DNA of 64,000 nucleotides from Giardia intestinalis (Eukaryota): assembly GCA_000002435.2 (NCBI GenBank), contig CM018790.1. One strand, 5' to 3'. Of the stretch, positions 49,286 through 57,473 are shown piece by piece. A model generated the notes under the pieces. That model was not told the origin of the DNA. It made no database searches and saw only the letters and a program-made list of their open reading frames with translations. A program made the position numbers and the translations under genes. Numbering within the stretch: the first letter of the stretch is position 1; every line of letters starts with the position of its first letter.

Positions 49286-50695
49286 TTACCCTACCCTATT
49301 AAGAATAGAGTCCACGCGCTCCACGATGAAAGAATAAATCCTGTCACGAAGCTCTACCAGTTCTATGGGGTCTGTCTCCTGGGGCAGATGAAGATCTACG
49401 CAATGGCCGCAATCCTTGCAACGGATAAAGCCGATATTATCTTTCTGGCCGCCCATGTCGTCGGTCATGCTACACATGTGCCAAGGGTCTTGCCAGAAGT
49501 TACTGAAGAAGACGTCGTCAGCCTTGACGTGCTCGCCGCCGTAGAATTCGTTGGTCTTGATTGTCGGGTTTCCCAGGTCCAGGCCATCAAAGATCTTTTT
49601 GCACATATCGAGGTGCCACTGAGTAGTGATCTTCTCCGAGCGAAGACTATTGATCAGTGGCGCAGGCTGGTAGTATGCGACTTCTGTGCACGTCTGCCAC
49701 CACCACTGCCTAAAGGCATCTGAGTGCTTGGCCGTGTCGGAGGCTAGATTGATGGAGTCGTAGGAGTCAAAGGAGGAGGTTGACAAGTAGTCCACAAGGG
49801 CGTCTAAGATGTCTCCGTGCCCCTCCCATGCTTTTGACAAGCGGCTGTCGCAACATGACTTGGATTTCCCGTACTGGAAGCACATAAGCATGGTGTCTGC
49901 AATAAAGTAGTGAATATCGCTCTTGTCTGCGTCTGTACGGATTCCAAGCCTCTCATAAACTATGTTGTCTTCTCCTGCTTCTACCTGGCGCGTAGCCTCG
50001 TGCTGTGCTTGGTAGAGTGCGTCAGAACACGGTGCACCGGGAACCATGAGCGTGTGTGTGTCAAATTCTGGGATTTCGTAGCGTGCATTAACGACGCCAG
50101 AGCTGCTCAGGCCCGCTGCAAAGAGATTGGGGTGGCGCTGGTAAATCCAACCCGTCACCGCACCCGGATAGGAGCCTCCGACGATAACCCACTGGAAACA
50201 TGTACGCCCCTCAATGCGCTTGAAGGAGCCGTCCTTGCTGTTAGCTGGACATAGCCTATCATCCATAACAGAAATAAAGTACAGGAGGTCGCTTTGGGCT
50301 TGTTTGCTGGAGAGATAGCGGAGCTTGTCAGTTCCGACATCGTACTTCTCTGAGGTATGCTGGAAAGGATGGGATATGCCATAGAATCTGTGCTCAAGAA
50401 CAAAGATGTGCGCTCCATAGTTGTCCGCTATTCTCCCCAGGATATCCGGGTTTGACTTTGTGCCACCAGGGGCAGAGTTGATTTCCCCTTCTCCTCCTAT
50501 CTCTAATATGGCCACGTGCGAGCCGTCTCTAACGAATTCTGAATTGTAATAGTATCTCTGCCTGAATACATCCTGATTAAAGGGGTTGAAGTGATCGACC
50601 CTATTCTCGATGAATAGCTGGGTAGACGGCCCGACGCGCTCACGCTGGACAAAGCGGCCGAGCGTGGCCACCAGGATGCAGAGAGCCAAGAGCAT
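49286..50695 (-). CDS. secreted S28-family serine peptidase (lysosomal Pro-X carboxypeptidase / DPP7-like)
   Basis: ATG at 50693-50695 verified after gaagtaaaaaaaccgatctATG. Signal peptide MLLALCILVATLG. Nucleophile elbow VIVGGSYPGAVTGWIYQRHPNLF (GGSYxG). Overall length and layout fit the S28 family. Confidence 0.8.
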   Translation of the reverse strand: MLLALCILVATLGRFVQRERVGPSTQLFIENRVDHFNPFNQDVFRQRYYYNSEFVRDGSHVAILEIGGEGEINSAPGGTKSNPDILGRIADNYGAHIFVLEHRFYGISHPFQHTSEKYDVGTDKLRYLSSKQAQSDLLYFISVMDDRLCPANSKDGSFKRIEGRTCFQWVIVGGSYPGAVTGWIYQRHPNLFAAGLSSSGVVNARYEIPEFDTHTLMVPGAPCSDALYQAQHEATRQVEAGEDNIVYERLGIRTDADKSDIHYFIADTMLMCFQYGKSKSCCDSRLSKAWEGHGDILDALVDYLSTSSFDSYDSINLASDTAKHSDAFRQWWWQTCTEVAYYQPAPLINSLRSEKITTQWHLDMCKKIFDGLDLGNPTIKTNEFYGGEHVKADDVFFSNFWQDPWHMCSMTDDMGGQKDNIGFIRCKDCGHCVDLHLPQETDPIELVELRDRIYSFIVERVDSILNRVG

Positions 50696-50793
50696 AGATC
50701 GGTTTTTTTACTTCGATTCGACACGTGCATTAAAATATTCAAATATTACAAATTAAACTATGGACAAGTCAGATAAAAAGCGGGCGGAGCCAA

Positions 50794-51783
50794 ATGTACC
50801 AGAATGCGCTCATTGCAGATGCACCTTCGATAGCTCTGTCATCACAGAACAGCAGCACCATCCGTGCGCACTCTATAGGGTGTCTTCCTCGGTATACATC
50901 GTTCAACAGTGGTTCAAATGGGATTTGCCTTAACGCCGTATACCCCAAGTGGATGTATAACCCACCTGTGATCAAGCGCAAAAAGCAGAAGATTGCAAGG
51001 GACTTTATAAAAGAGAACAAGTGGCTTGCAGCTCACCCAGACCTCATCCATGAAGTCCCTCCGTCCACACACGCGGCAGCAGAGGCCATGGACGCAGCGG
51101 AAGCAGCATACGCTAACTTCATATCCACAATGCGTAACAGAGAGCAAGGGTCTCCGGTAAAAGTGCGGCATCGATGGAGCACACGCGATTGCACTCCTCC
51201 GAGAGACGATCGGTGTGCGATACAACTCGACGCAGCAGAACGACAACTTCTTGCATTTGCAGATAGAGTTAGTAAGCAAAACGTCGATAACGTAGATGAA
51301 CCCCGAAAGGGTACAGAAGTGGGAGTAGAAATGAAAGTAGACAGTGATAATGATTCACGCATTAACGCATGCGCTGATGCGGACCAGGACGATGCAGAGC
51401 CACACGATCCAAAGACATTCGTCGACGAACTGCTCGAGGACTCTGATTTCATTGACGAGATGACCCATGCAAAGGACAAGGTAGACGATAAAATGAACCC
51501 GGCAGCTGCAAAGCCCAATTTGGCGGAATCCCCCTTTGACCGCCCCATCACAGTTGAGCCCACGTTTCGATATGAAAGGGGTCCTGGTGGCGAGACACTG
51601 GTGCTTGTTCACCCTGAGAACTTCCAGCAGCCTTGTGCTGAATCAAAATTCTTGTATAGTGAAGAAGAGCTCGCTAAGATAGCTGCCACATCAATATATG
51701 GCAATTACATGCTCCGGAAGCGAGAAGATATGTATAGCGCGCCATATTTAATACCCTATACATTCCGTTCATCCCGTATTTAA
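50794..51783 (+). CDS. hypothetical acidic protein (329 aa)
   Basis: ATG at 50794 verified. The central region is D/E-rich. No family recognised. Confidence 0.55.
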   Translation: MYQNALIADAPSIALSSQNSSTIRAHSIGCLPRYTSFNSGSNGICLNAVYPKWMYNPPVIKRKKQKIARDFIKENKWLAAHPDLIHEVPPSTHAAAEAMDAAEAAYANFISTMRNREQGSPVKVRHRWSTRDCTPPRDDRCAIQLDAAERQLLAFADRVSKQNVDNVDEPRKGTEVGVEMKVDSDNDSRINACADADQDDAEPHDPKTFVDELLEDSDFIDEMTHAKDKVDDKMNPAAAKPNLAESPFDRPITVEPTFRYERGPGGETLVLVHPENFQQPCAESKFLYSEEELAKIAATSIYGNYMLRKREDMYSAPYLIPYTFRSSRI

Positions 51784-51827
51784 TCGAACGGAGATGTTAT
51801 GCTTACCATCGATAGTTTTCCGTCCAC

Positions 51828-52769
51828 CTACTTCATACCTAGAACCAGCGTCTTTAGCACGTGAACCCTGTGTGCAGAGATCTTCTGCTGGTCCTGGGTT
51901 GAAATTTTCAAGATTTGCTCGCATACCATATGCATCTTGTCGACAGGAATGGCAGAAAAGTCCAGTATGAGGTCTTTGTTTCCGTCCAGTTCAAGCCCCG
52001 CCGTGTCGAGCAAGAAGTCCTCTAGCTCGTTGACCTGCTCCTCTGTAAACTCTTGCAGAAGCATGATGAGCGCCTGCTGATGTTCAATTGGAACGATTGG
52101 CCCTGCAAAGCGCACAGACCGGTTGAGGGATGGCTCCAAGGTTGCCAGCTCAGCGTCAAATGCGTCCCTCGATTCAAGATAATCTGCCAAGAGCTCCAAA
52201 TTAGTTTTATGCTCCCTTCCCTTTCGAAGCTGGGCAAGGAAGGCAACATCAATGGAGGACGCGATCTCCTTGAAGACTTCGGGGGAAAACTCAAACAGAG
52301 GATAGAGGGAAAGCACCTGAGAAACAACAGGAAGAGATCCAAGGCTTTTGCAGAAAAGATTCACGATGCGGGGAAGAATATCGAGCGAGAGTTTGAACAG
52401 AGCAGAAACATACTTGTAGTGAGAAAAAACAAGAAAGATATCATAAACCAGGGCACCCATGCACGTGTACCCGCGACACATTGCCTTGGCACGGACATAC
52501 AACACATCATAAGCCGTGACAGGCACGTTTGGTGGATACTCTTTGGAGACAAGCTTGAAGTACTCTGCACCCAGGTCTGCTTGGTAGCTGAGATACTTAA
52601 GCACTTGGCCCAGGCCAGAGTCCCCGCGCTCCACTATGCTTTCTGCAGAGAGCTCCTGAACAATCTTGGAGATTGTAAAGATGGAAACTATATCCGTGAT
52701 TGAAAGGGTAATGAATGCACGGTACGCCTCGGGGAGGTCTCTCAAGGGCTGGTTTTCAGAGGCATCCAT
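51828..52769 (-). CDS. hypothetical protein (313 aa)
   Basis: The track start is GTG 52793. The first ATG at 52767-52769 is verified and gives MDASENQPLRDLPEAYRAF…. No family recognised. Confidence 0.55.
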   Translation of the reverse strand: MDASENQPLRDLPEAYRAFITLSITDIVSIFTISKIVQELSAESIVERGDSGLGQVLKYLSYQADLGAEYFKLVSKEYPPNVPVTAYDVLYVRAKAMCRGYTCMGALVYDIFLVFSHYKYVSALFKLSLDILPRIVNLFCKSLGSLPVVSQVLSLYPLFEFSPEVFKEIASSIDVAFLAQLRKGREHKTNLELLADYLESRDAFDAELATLEPSLNRSVRFAGPIVPIEHQQALIMLLQEFTEEQVNELEDFLLDTAGLELDGNKDLILDFSAIPVDKMHMVCEQILKISTQDQQKISAHRVHVLKTLVLGMK

Positions 52770-52892
52770 GGAGTGGGGAGTATGCCCAGACACTTTTTAC
52801 GTCTTTATTTCATTTGTCCAATTAATAATATAAATTATAGTTAAAGCATTTTAATTTGATATTATGTCAGAGTGGTAGTTTTCCAGGCGACA

Positions 52893-53441
52893 ATGCCCCC
52901 CAGAGCTGATCCTAACGCAGAGATAGTTCTGTATTTGCGCGTCAAGGGCGGGATAATCCCCGCGCCAAATGCCCTTGGTCCAAAGATCGGGCCCTACGGT
53001 CTTCCGCCCAAAGTTGTTGGTGAGAAGATCCACGAGGCTACACAAGGCTACAAGGGGATCCGCGTGAAAGTCCGCATCGTCTCAAAGAACAGACAGCCGA
53101 CAGTCTCTGTTGTGCCCACAGCCTCCTCGCTTCTTGTCAAGGCTCTGGGCGAGGGTCCTCGCACGATTCCCAAGGGTCAGCCCCTTCTGCACACAGGCAC
53201 AGTGAAGTTCGACACGGTCCTAGACATCGCAAAGGAGCTCCGCGCTAACTCCTTCGCTCTGAAGTACGCCGGCACGGTCCTCGAGGTCCTGGGTTCTGCC
53301 CGCTCCGTTGGCTGCAAGGTGGAGTACAAGGGCACTGTATATTCTCCCGCTGAGATCACGGAGATGGTGAAGGCCGGGGACATAGAGATCCCAGAATATA
53401 ATGTACCCTACCAGCTTGCTGAGGAGCAAGAGACAGAGTAA
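52893..53441 (+). CDS. RPL12: 60S ribosomal protein uL11 (RPL12)
   Basis: The track start is GTG 52872; ATG at 52893 gives MPPRADPNAEIVLYLRVKGGIIPAPNALGPKIGPYGLPPKVVGEKI… This parallels eukaryotic RPL12 ([46 protein letters not shown]…). Confidence 0.9.
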   Translation: MPPRADPNAEIVLYLRVKGGIIPAPNALGPKIGPYGLPPKVVGEKIHEATQGYKGIRVKVRIVSKNRQPTVSVVPTASSLLVKALGEGPRTIPKGQPLLHTGTVKFDTVLDIAKELRANSFALKYAGTVLEVLGSARSVGCKVEYKGTVYSPAEITEMVKAGDIEIPEYNVPYQLAEEQETE

Positions 53442-53519
53442 ACAAGGTGCCCTGCGTGTCACGGATCGGTCCCTATCTGCTTGGGACTGTTTTCGCCTAC
53501 GGGGGCTTAAAATATTTCG

Positions 53520-56105
53520 ATGGCCGAGGCGGCGGAGTCCTTTGCCGATGCAGTCGTCCGTGTAGAAGACGAGACAGGGATACGCGCTCCTTGGAGGGTG
53601 TGGCCTCAGATGCGCCATGACTCGACCAAGCTCGGCGTTCCCCTTTCACTCGTATATACTCCACTCAAAGCGGTGGCTAATCCCTACCGTGCCTCGTATG
53701 CACCCGTGAGGTGTTCAGGCTGCTCTGCCGTTCTCTCCCCGTTCACATACGTCGACTATCAAAAGAAGAGCTACGTTTGTTCTTTCTGTTCACTGATGCA
53801 ACCATTGCCCCCCAGCTATGCACAGATTACCCCGGAGTACCGTCCAGCTGAGCTCCATGACGTTTACAAGACCATCGAATATAACCTTTCGGCTACTCAA
53901 GCGGCCGCAGGAGGTCACGCCACTCCTCAAGTTGCTCCCGACTATGCCCCCATCTTTGCTATCGTTGTGGACACGTGCTGCGAAGATGCCGAGCAGTTTG
54001 CAAAGATGAAGGAGTCACTTCAATGGATTGTAGATGTTCTTCCTTCTAACAGCAAGATCTGCCTGGTCTCTTTCGGTTCTGTTGTTACTGTTCATGAATT
54101 GGTATTTGACTTCTGTCCTCGAAAAGTTGTCCTTAGGGGTCTTGTGGATATTCCCCCCGCGCAGCTAGAGCAGTATCTTGGATTGAAAACAACTACCCAG
54201 CGTTTCTTGCAACCTCTGAGCTTGTGCCAGAACAGTCTGGTTCAGATACTGGAAGACCTTATGAAGGACCCGTGGGTGCCCCCTCCCAAGTGCAGACCTC
54301 ACAGATGCCTTGGGGCCGCTCTATCTATTGCGACTTCTATTCTGCAAAGCCTATCTCTTCCCGCAGGCATACCAATTACTATGGACACCACAAACGCCAC
54401 AGCAGTGAGACCAACGACAGGATTTGCAGGGCGTGTTGTTCTATTGACTTCCGGCCCATGTACTGCAGGACCCGGAACCGTTGTAGACATCGATCTTTCT
54501 ATGCACTTGCGCCACTGGCCGGACATTGAGAAGAAGACAGACGTAGCTAAGCACGTGAAGGATGCCCAGCGTTTCTACACATCTCTAGGTGAACGTGCTG
54601 CAACAAATGGAATATCTTACCACGTTTTCAGCTGCTCGGTGGAGCAGGTTGGTCTTTATGAGATGTACCAGATGGTTAGCATGACTGGTGGGCATATGAT
54701 GATCTCTGAGTCGTACAGCTATCAGGCTTTTGTACGAAGCTGGCGGTGCTTCTTTGATCAACTTGTTCAGGCTGCCCGACAAGAGGAAACGGAGACCACG
54801 GGTAGAGGCGAGATTAACGAGGACGAGGAGGAGGGTGATGAGCCAGAGCTTGTCCCACTTCAGTTTGGGTCCCGCGCTATTATCGAGGCATCGATCGGTT
54901 CTGGAGGAAAAATCACAGGGTGTGTTGGACATGTCGTCCCGCTTCCTCCTACTGTGAGCACAAAGGGCTCTCAGCAGGCCCCCACATGTAGCAATCCTGC
55001 CTTTGTTGCAGGCACATTCTATGAGGGAGGCTCGAAGGTGCTAAGTCTAGGAGGACAAGATAATGAGATTGGCCACGGGTTTACGAACAGATGGCTGGCA
55101 AGCCACATAGACTCTGAGAGCACCTTCTGCTTTTGCTATGAGGCTAATCACGACCCGAAGAATGCGATGGCATTGACTCTTCCCGCTTACATACCCGTTC
55201 AATTCCGCACTTTATACATTGATAATGTCACTGGAGACCAGATTTTGAGGGTCACGACGTACGTCTTCCAAGGGGCCAATCCTCTTTCAGATTGGGCAAA
55301 AATCAGTTCCGAGTTTGACCAAGAGGCTGCTGCAGTTGTGCTAGCAAAGATCACAATGTTCAACTTGATGCATCGACCCGGAATCACTACAGACGAAGTT
55401 ATGCGCTATATAGACAGGTCAATTATCAAGCTTTCACAGGCTTTTTCGTCCTATCAGCTTCAGAATGCTGCTACACTTGTATTTCAGCCAAACTTCGAAT
55501 TTTTCCCACAGTTCCTTTACCACTTCAGAAGATCAGAGTTTATACAATTGTTTGGACAGTCCCCTGACGAAACAGCGATGAAGCGCTTCCAGCTGTTAAG
55601 GCAAACAACTGCAAACGTTCTGACCATGATGCAGCCGGTTCTCTACGCATACACAGTGACAAACCCCGAACCAACACCAGTGTTCCTAGATTCCAGTGAG
55701 GCTACTCAGGATCGAATCTTGCTATTTGATTCATTCTTCAACGTGCTGGTTTGGACGGGTTCATCTGTGGCAGCGTGGCGTAAAGCCGAGTACCATCTCA
55801 AGCCAGAATATGCGAACGTCGCGACGCTGCTAGACGCGCCGAACTATGAAGTGGAGGATATACTCAACGAACGCTTTCCATCGCCGCGGTATGATAACGC
55901 AGACCAGGGAACGTCACAGGCACGCATATTATTGGCTCGCGTGAATCCAACTACAACACATAAAAGCAACCAGACATTAGGAGGGTTCACACTCGGGAAC
56001 GGAGGTCAGCCAGAAGCAGTGGGTGAAGTTGTCGCCACCGATGATGTCAGCCTACAGAAGTTTTTAGCGGCTTTGAAGGAGAGCGTAGTGCAACAAGGGA
56101 AGTAG
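53520..56105 (+). CDS. SEC23: COPII coat protein Sec23
   Basis: ATG at 53520 verified after gcttaaaatatttcgATG. Zinc finger RCSGCSAVLSPFTYVDYQKKSYVCSFCS. An 861-aa length with trunk, beta-barrel and helical regions, and gelsolin-like C-terminal order, consistent with Sec23. Sec24 would be longer and carry a Q/P-rich N-terminus. Confidence 0.85.
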   Translation: MAEAAESFADAVVRVEDETGIRAPWRVWPQMRHDSTKLGVPLSLVYTPLKAVANPYRASYAPVRCSGCSAVLSPFTYVDYQKKSYVCSFCSLMQPLPPSYAQITPEYRPAELHDVYKTIEYNLSATQAAAGGHATPQVAPDYAPIFAIVVDTCCEDAEQFAKMKESLQWIVDVLPSNSKICLVSFGSVVTVHELVFDFCPRKVVLRGLVDIPPAQLEQYLGLKTTTQRFLQPLSLCQNSLVQILEDLMKDPWVPPPKCRPHRCLGAALSIATSILQSLSLPAGIPITMDTTNATAVRPTTGFAGRVVLLTSGPCTAGPGTVVDIDLSMHLRHWPDIEKKTDVAKHVKDAQRFYTSLGERAATNGISYHVFSCSVEQVGLYEMYQMVSMTGGHMMISESYSYQAFVRSWRCFFDQLVQAARQEETETTGRGEINEDEEEGDEPELVPLQFGSRAIIEASIGSGGKITGCVGHVVPLPPTVSTKGSQQAPTCSNPAFVAGTFYEGGSKVLSLGGQDNEIGHGFTNRWLASHIDSESTFCFCYEANHDPKNAMALTLPAYIPVQFRTLYIDNVTGDQILRVTTYVFQGANPLSDWAKISSEFDQEAAAVVLAKITMFNLMHRPGITTDEVMRYIDRSIIKLSQAFSSYQLQNAATLVFQPNFEFFPQFLYHFRRSEFIQLFGQSPDETAMKRFQLLRQTTANVLTMMQPVLYAYTVTNPEPTPVFLDSSEATQDRILLFDSFFNVLVWTGSSVAAWRKAEYHLKPEYANVATLLDAPNYEVEDILNERFPSPRYDNADQGTSQARILLARVNPTTTHKSNQTLGGFTLGNGGQPEAVGEVVATDDVSLQKFLAALKESVVQQGK

Positions 56106-56110
56106 ATGTA

Positions 56111-56117
56111 AGTGAAT
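56111..56117 (+). promoter_or_regulatory. putative polyadenylation signal AGTGAAT for SEC23
   Basis: AGTRAAY match 6 nt after the TAG stop. Confidence 0.4.
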
Positions 56118-56177
56118 CAATTAGTGTCAATCCCAGCATGTGGCCTGTGCATAGTTGAGTCGGGGAAAGCCTGGTAA

Positions 56178-57122
56178 TCAATTTAGCCTTGTCTTGGTCA
56201 TAAGGTAAATGGAGTTAACAAAGCTCTCATCTATCGATGGAAAGTATCGGGTGAAGTTTAGAGACAATAGCGGACGAGTGTAGTATGCGAGTTGGAAGCC
56301 CGCCTTTGACGCTATCAGGTCCGTGAATTCTCTGCTTACGTTGTCAAAGAAGGTCGTGACCATCTCTACAATGTAAGCACTGAAGCTGTTTGCCTTAGCA
56401 AGAGGATCCGCAGCATTCTCGACAAGTATGTCCTTAAGAATTAACAGGGGAAGATAGAGGATAGAGGACGGATTGAGCTCGTCTATAGTGGTCTGGATAG
56501 ACGTGAGGAGCTGGGAGAGTATTATGGCGATGAGTTCAGTAGTTAGGAAAGACTGGAGAAACTGCATGAATGCTGCAGGAGATGTGGCAACCCTGAGGTT
56601 CGCTTTAGTATATGCAGTGAGGCTTTCTCGTACTTCCTGCTCGACGACCCCGAACGCATCCATACTAACGGCAAGCTTGTTAAGCTCCATCAAAATGCTT
56701 GTGTGCACTGGTGCAATGAGTTTACGCCTCTTGAGCCTAGCTATGGTCTCTATAGAGCATAGAACAGATACAGCTAAAAAGGTGTTGACAGATACTACAA
56801 CAGGAACGGCTAAAGCACGGACGGATGCATTGGAGAGTATCTGTACAACGGCCTCCTCTTTTTCCTCATCTGTGCTGAGGGTCTGGACGGTGTAATGTGT
56901 GCGTGCAATACTGTCCTCAAGGACTAGTATCTGCTGTTTCTCAACATCAGAGGCGATGGCATGCTGAAGGACCTTGTAGGGGCTAACATGGAATTGGTAG
57001 TTACGCACCATGCGATAAACGCCATATCCCAGCCCTGCTAGGCCACCAGCAATGAGTGTGGCAGAAGCGATCGCTGCAGCACTGGTGCGAAGGGATGATC
57101 GGCTGTGTCTGTGAGCCGGCAT
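56178..57122 (-). CDS. hypothetical membrane protein with an N-terminal TM anchor (314 aa)
   Basis: The track start is GTG 57161. ATG at 57120-57122 is verified after cgggatttaattATG. N-terminus MPAHRHSRSSLRTSAAAIASATLIAGGLAGLGYGVY is a basic stretch plus a hydrophobic helix. The remainder is helical/amphipathic. Confidence 0.6.
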   Translation of the reverse strand: MPAHRHSRSSLRTSAAAIASATLIAGGLAGLGYGVYRMVRNYQFHVSPYKVLQHAIASDVEKQQILVLEDSIARTHYTVQTLSTDEEKEEAVVQILSNASVRALAVPVVVSVNTFLAVSVLCSIETIARLKRRKLIAPVHTSILMELNKLAVSMDAFGVVEQEVRESLTAYTKANLRVATSPAAFMQFLQSFLTTELIAIILSQLLTSIQTTIDELNPSSILYLPLLILKDILVENAADPLAKANSFSAYIVEMVTTFFDNVSREFTDLIASKAGFQLAYYTRPLLSLNFTRYFPSIDESFVNSIYLMTKTRLN

Positions 57123-57473
57123 AATTAAATCCCGATTCTCTGGGCAGCACAACCTTTGCACGAGTCTTCTACTGTACGCTCTCTCTTTGCCACCTTGTGA
57201 TTACTGTGCTCTCCAATGTAGACACGTATGGATCCCGCTTTTCTTACATTGTCTCCATACACATCCATGTGGTACAGGGGTCGCCTGTCTTGACGAGGAA
57301 ACCTGAACAGCTGGTCGTATCGAGCCACCACCGATTCTAAATACCATATTGTCTAACAAAGGGATTCACTCTAGTTATACTATTCACAAACGGACAGCTA
57401 ATTGAACATAACTATTAAAGCATCGCATCTGCCACCCGATTACCACGAGGACAGCGTGTATGTGCCTCATGAA

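Noticed and set aside
56178-57122. Possible peroxin-3 (PEX3)-like identity for the N-terminally anchored 314-aa membrane protein
   Set aside because: It has only a topological resemblance (N-terminal TM plus a helical cytosolic domain) and no motif-level match I can defend. Giardia is not established to have peroxisomes. Left as a hypothetical membrane protein.
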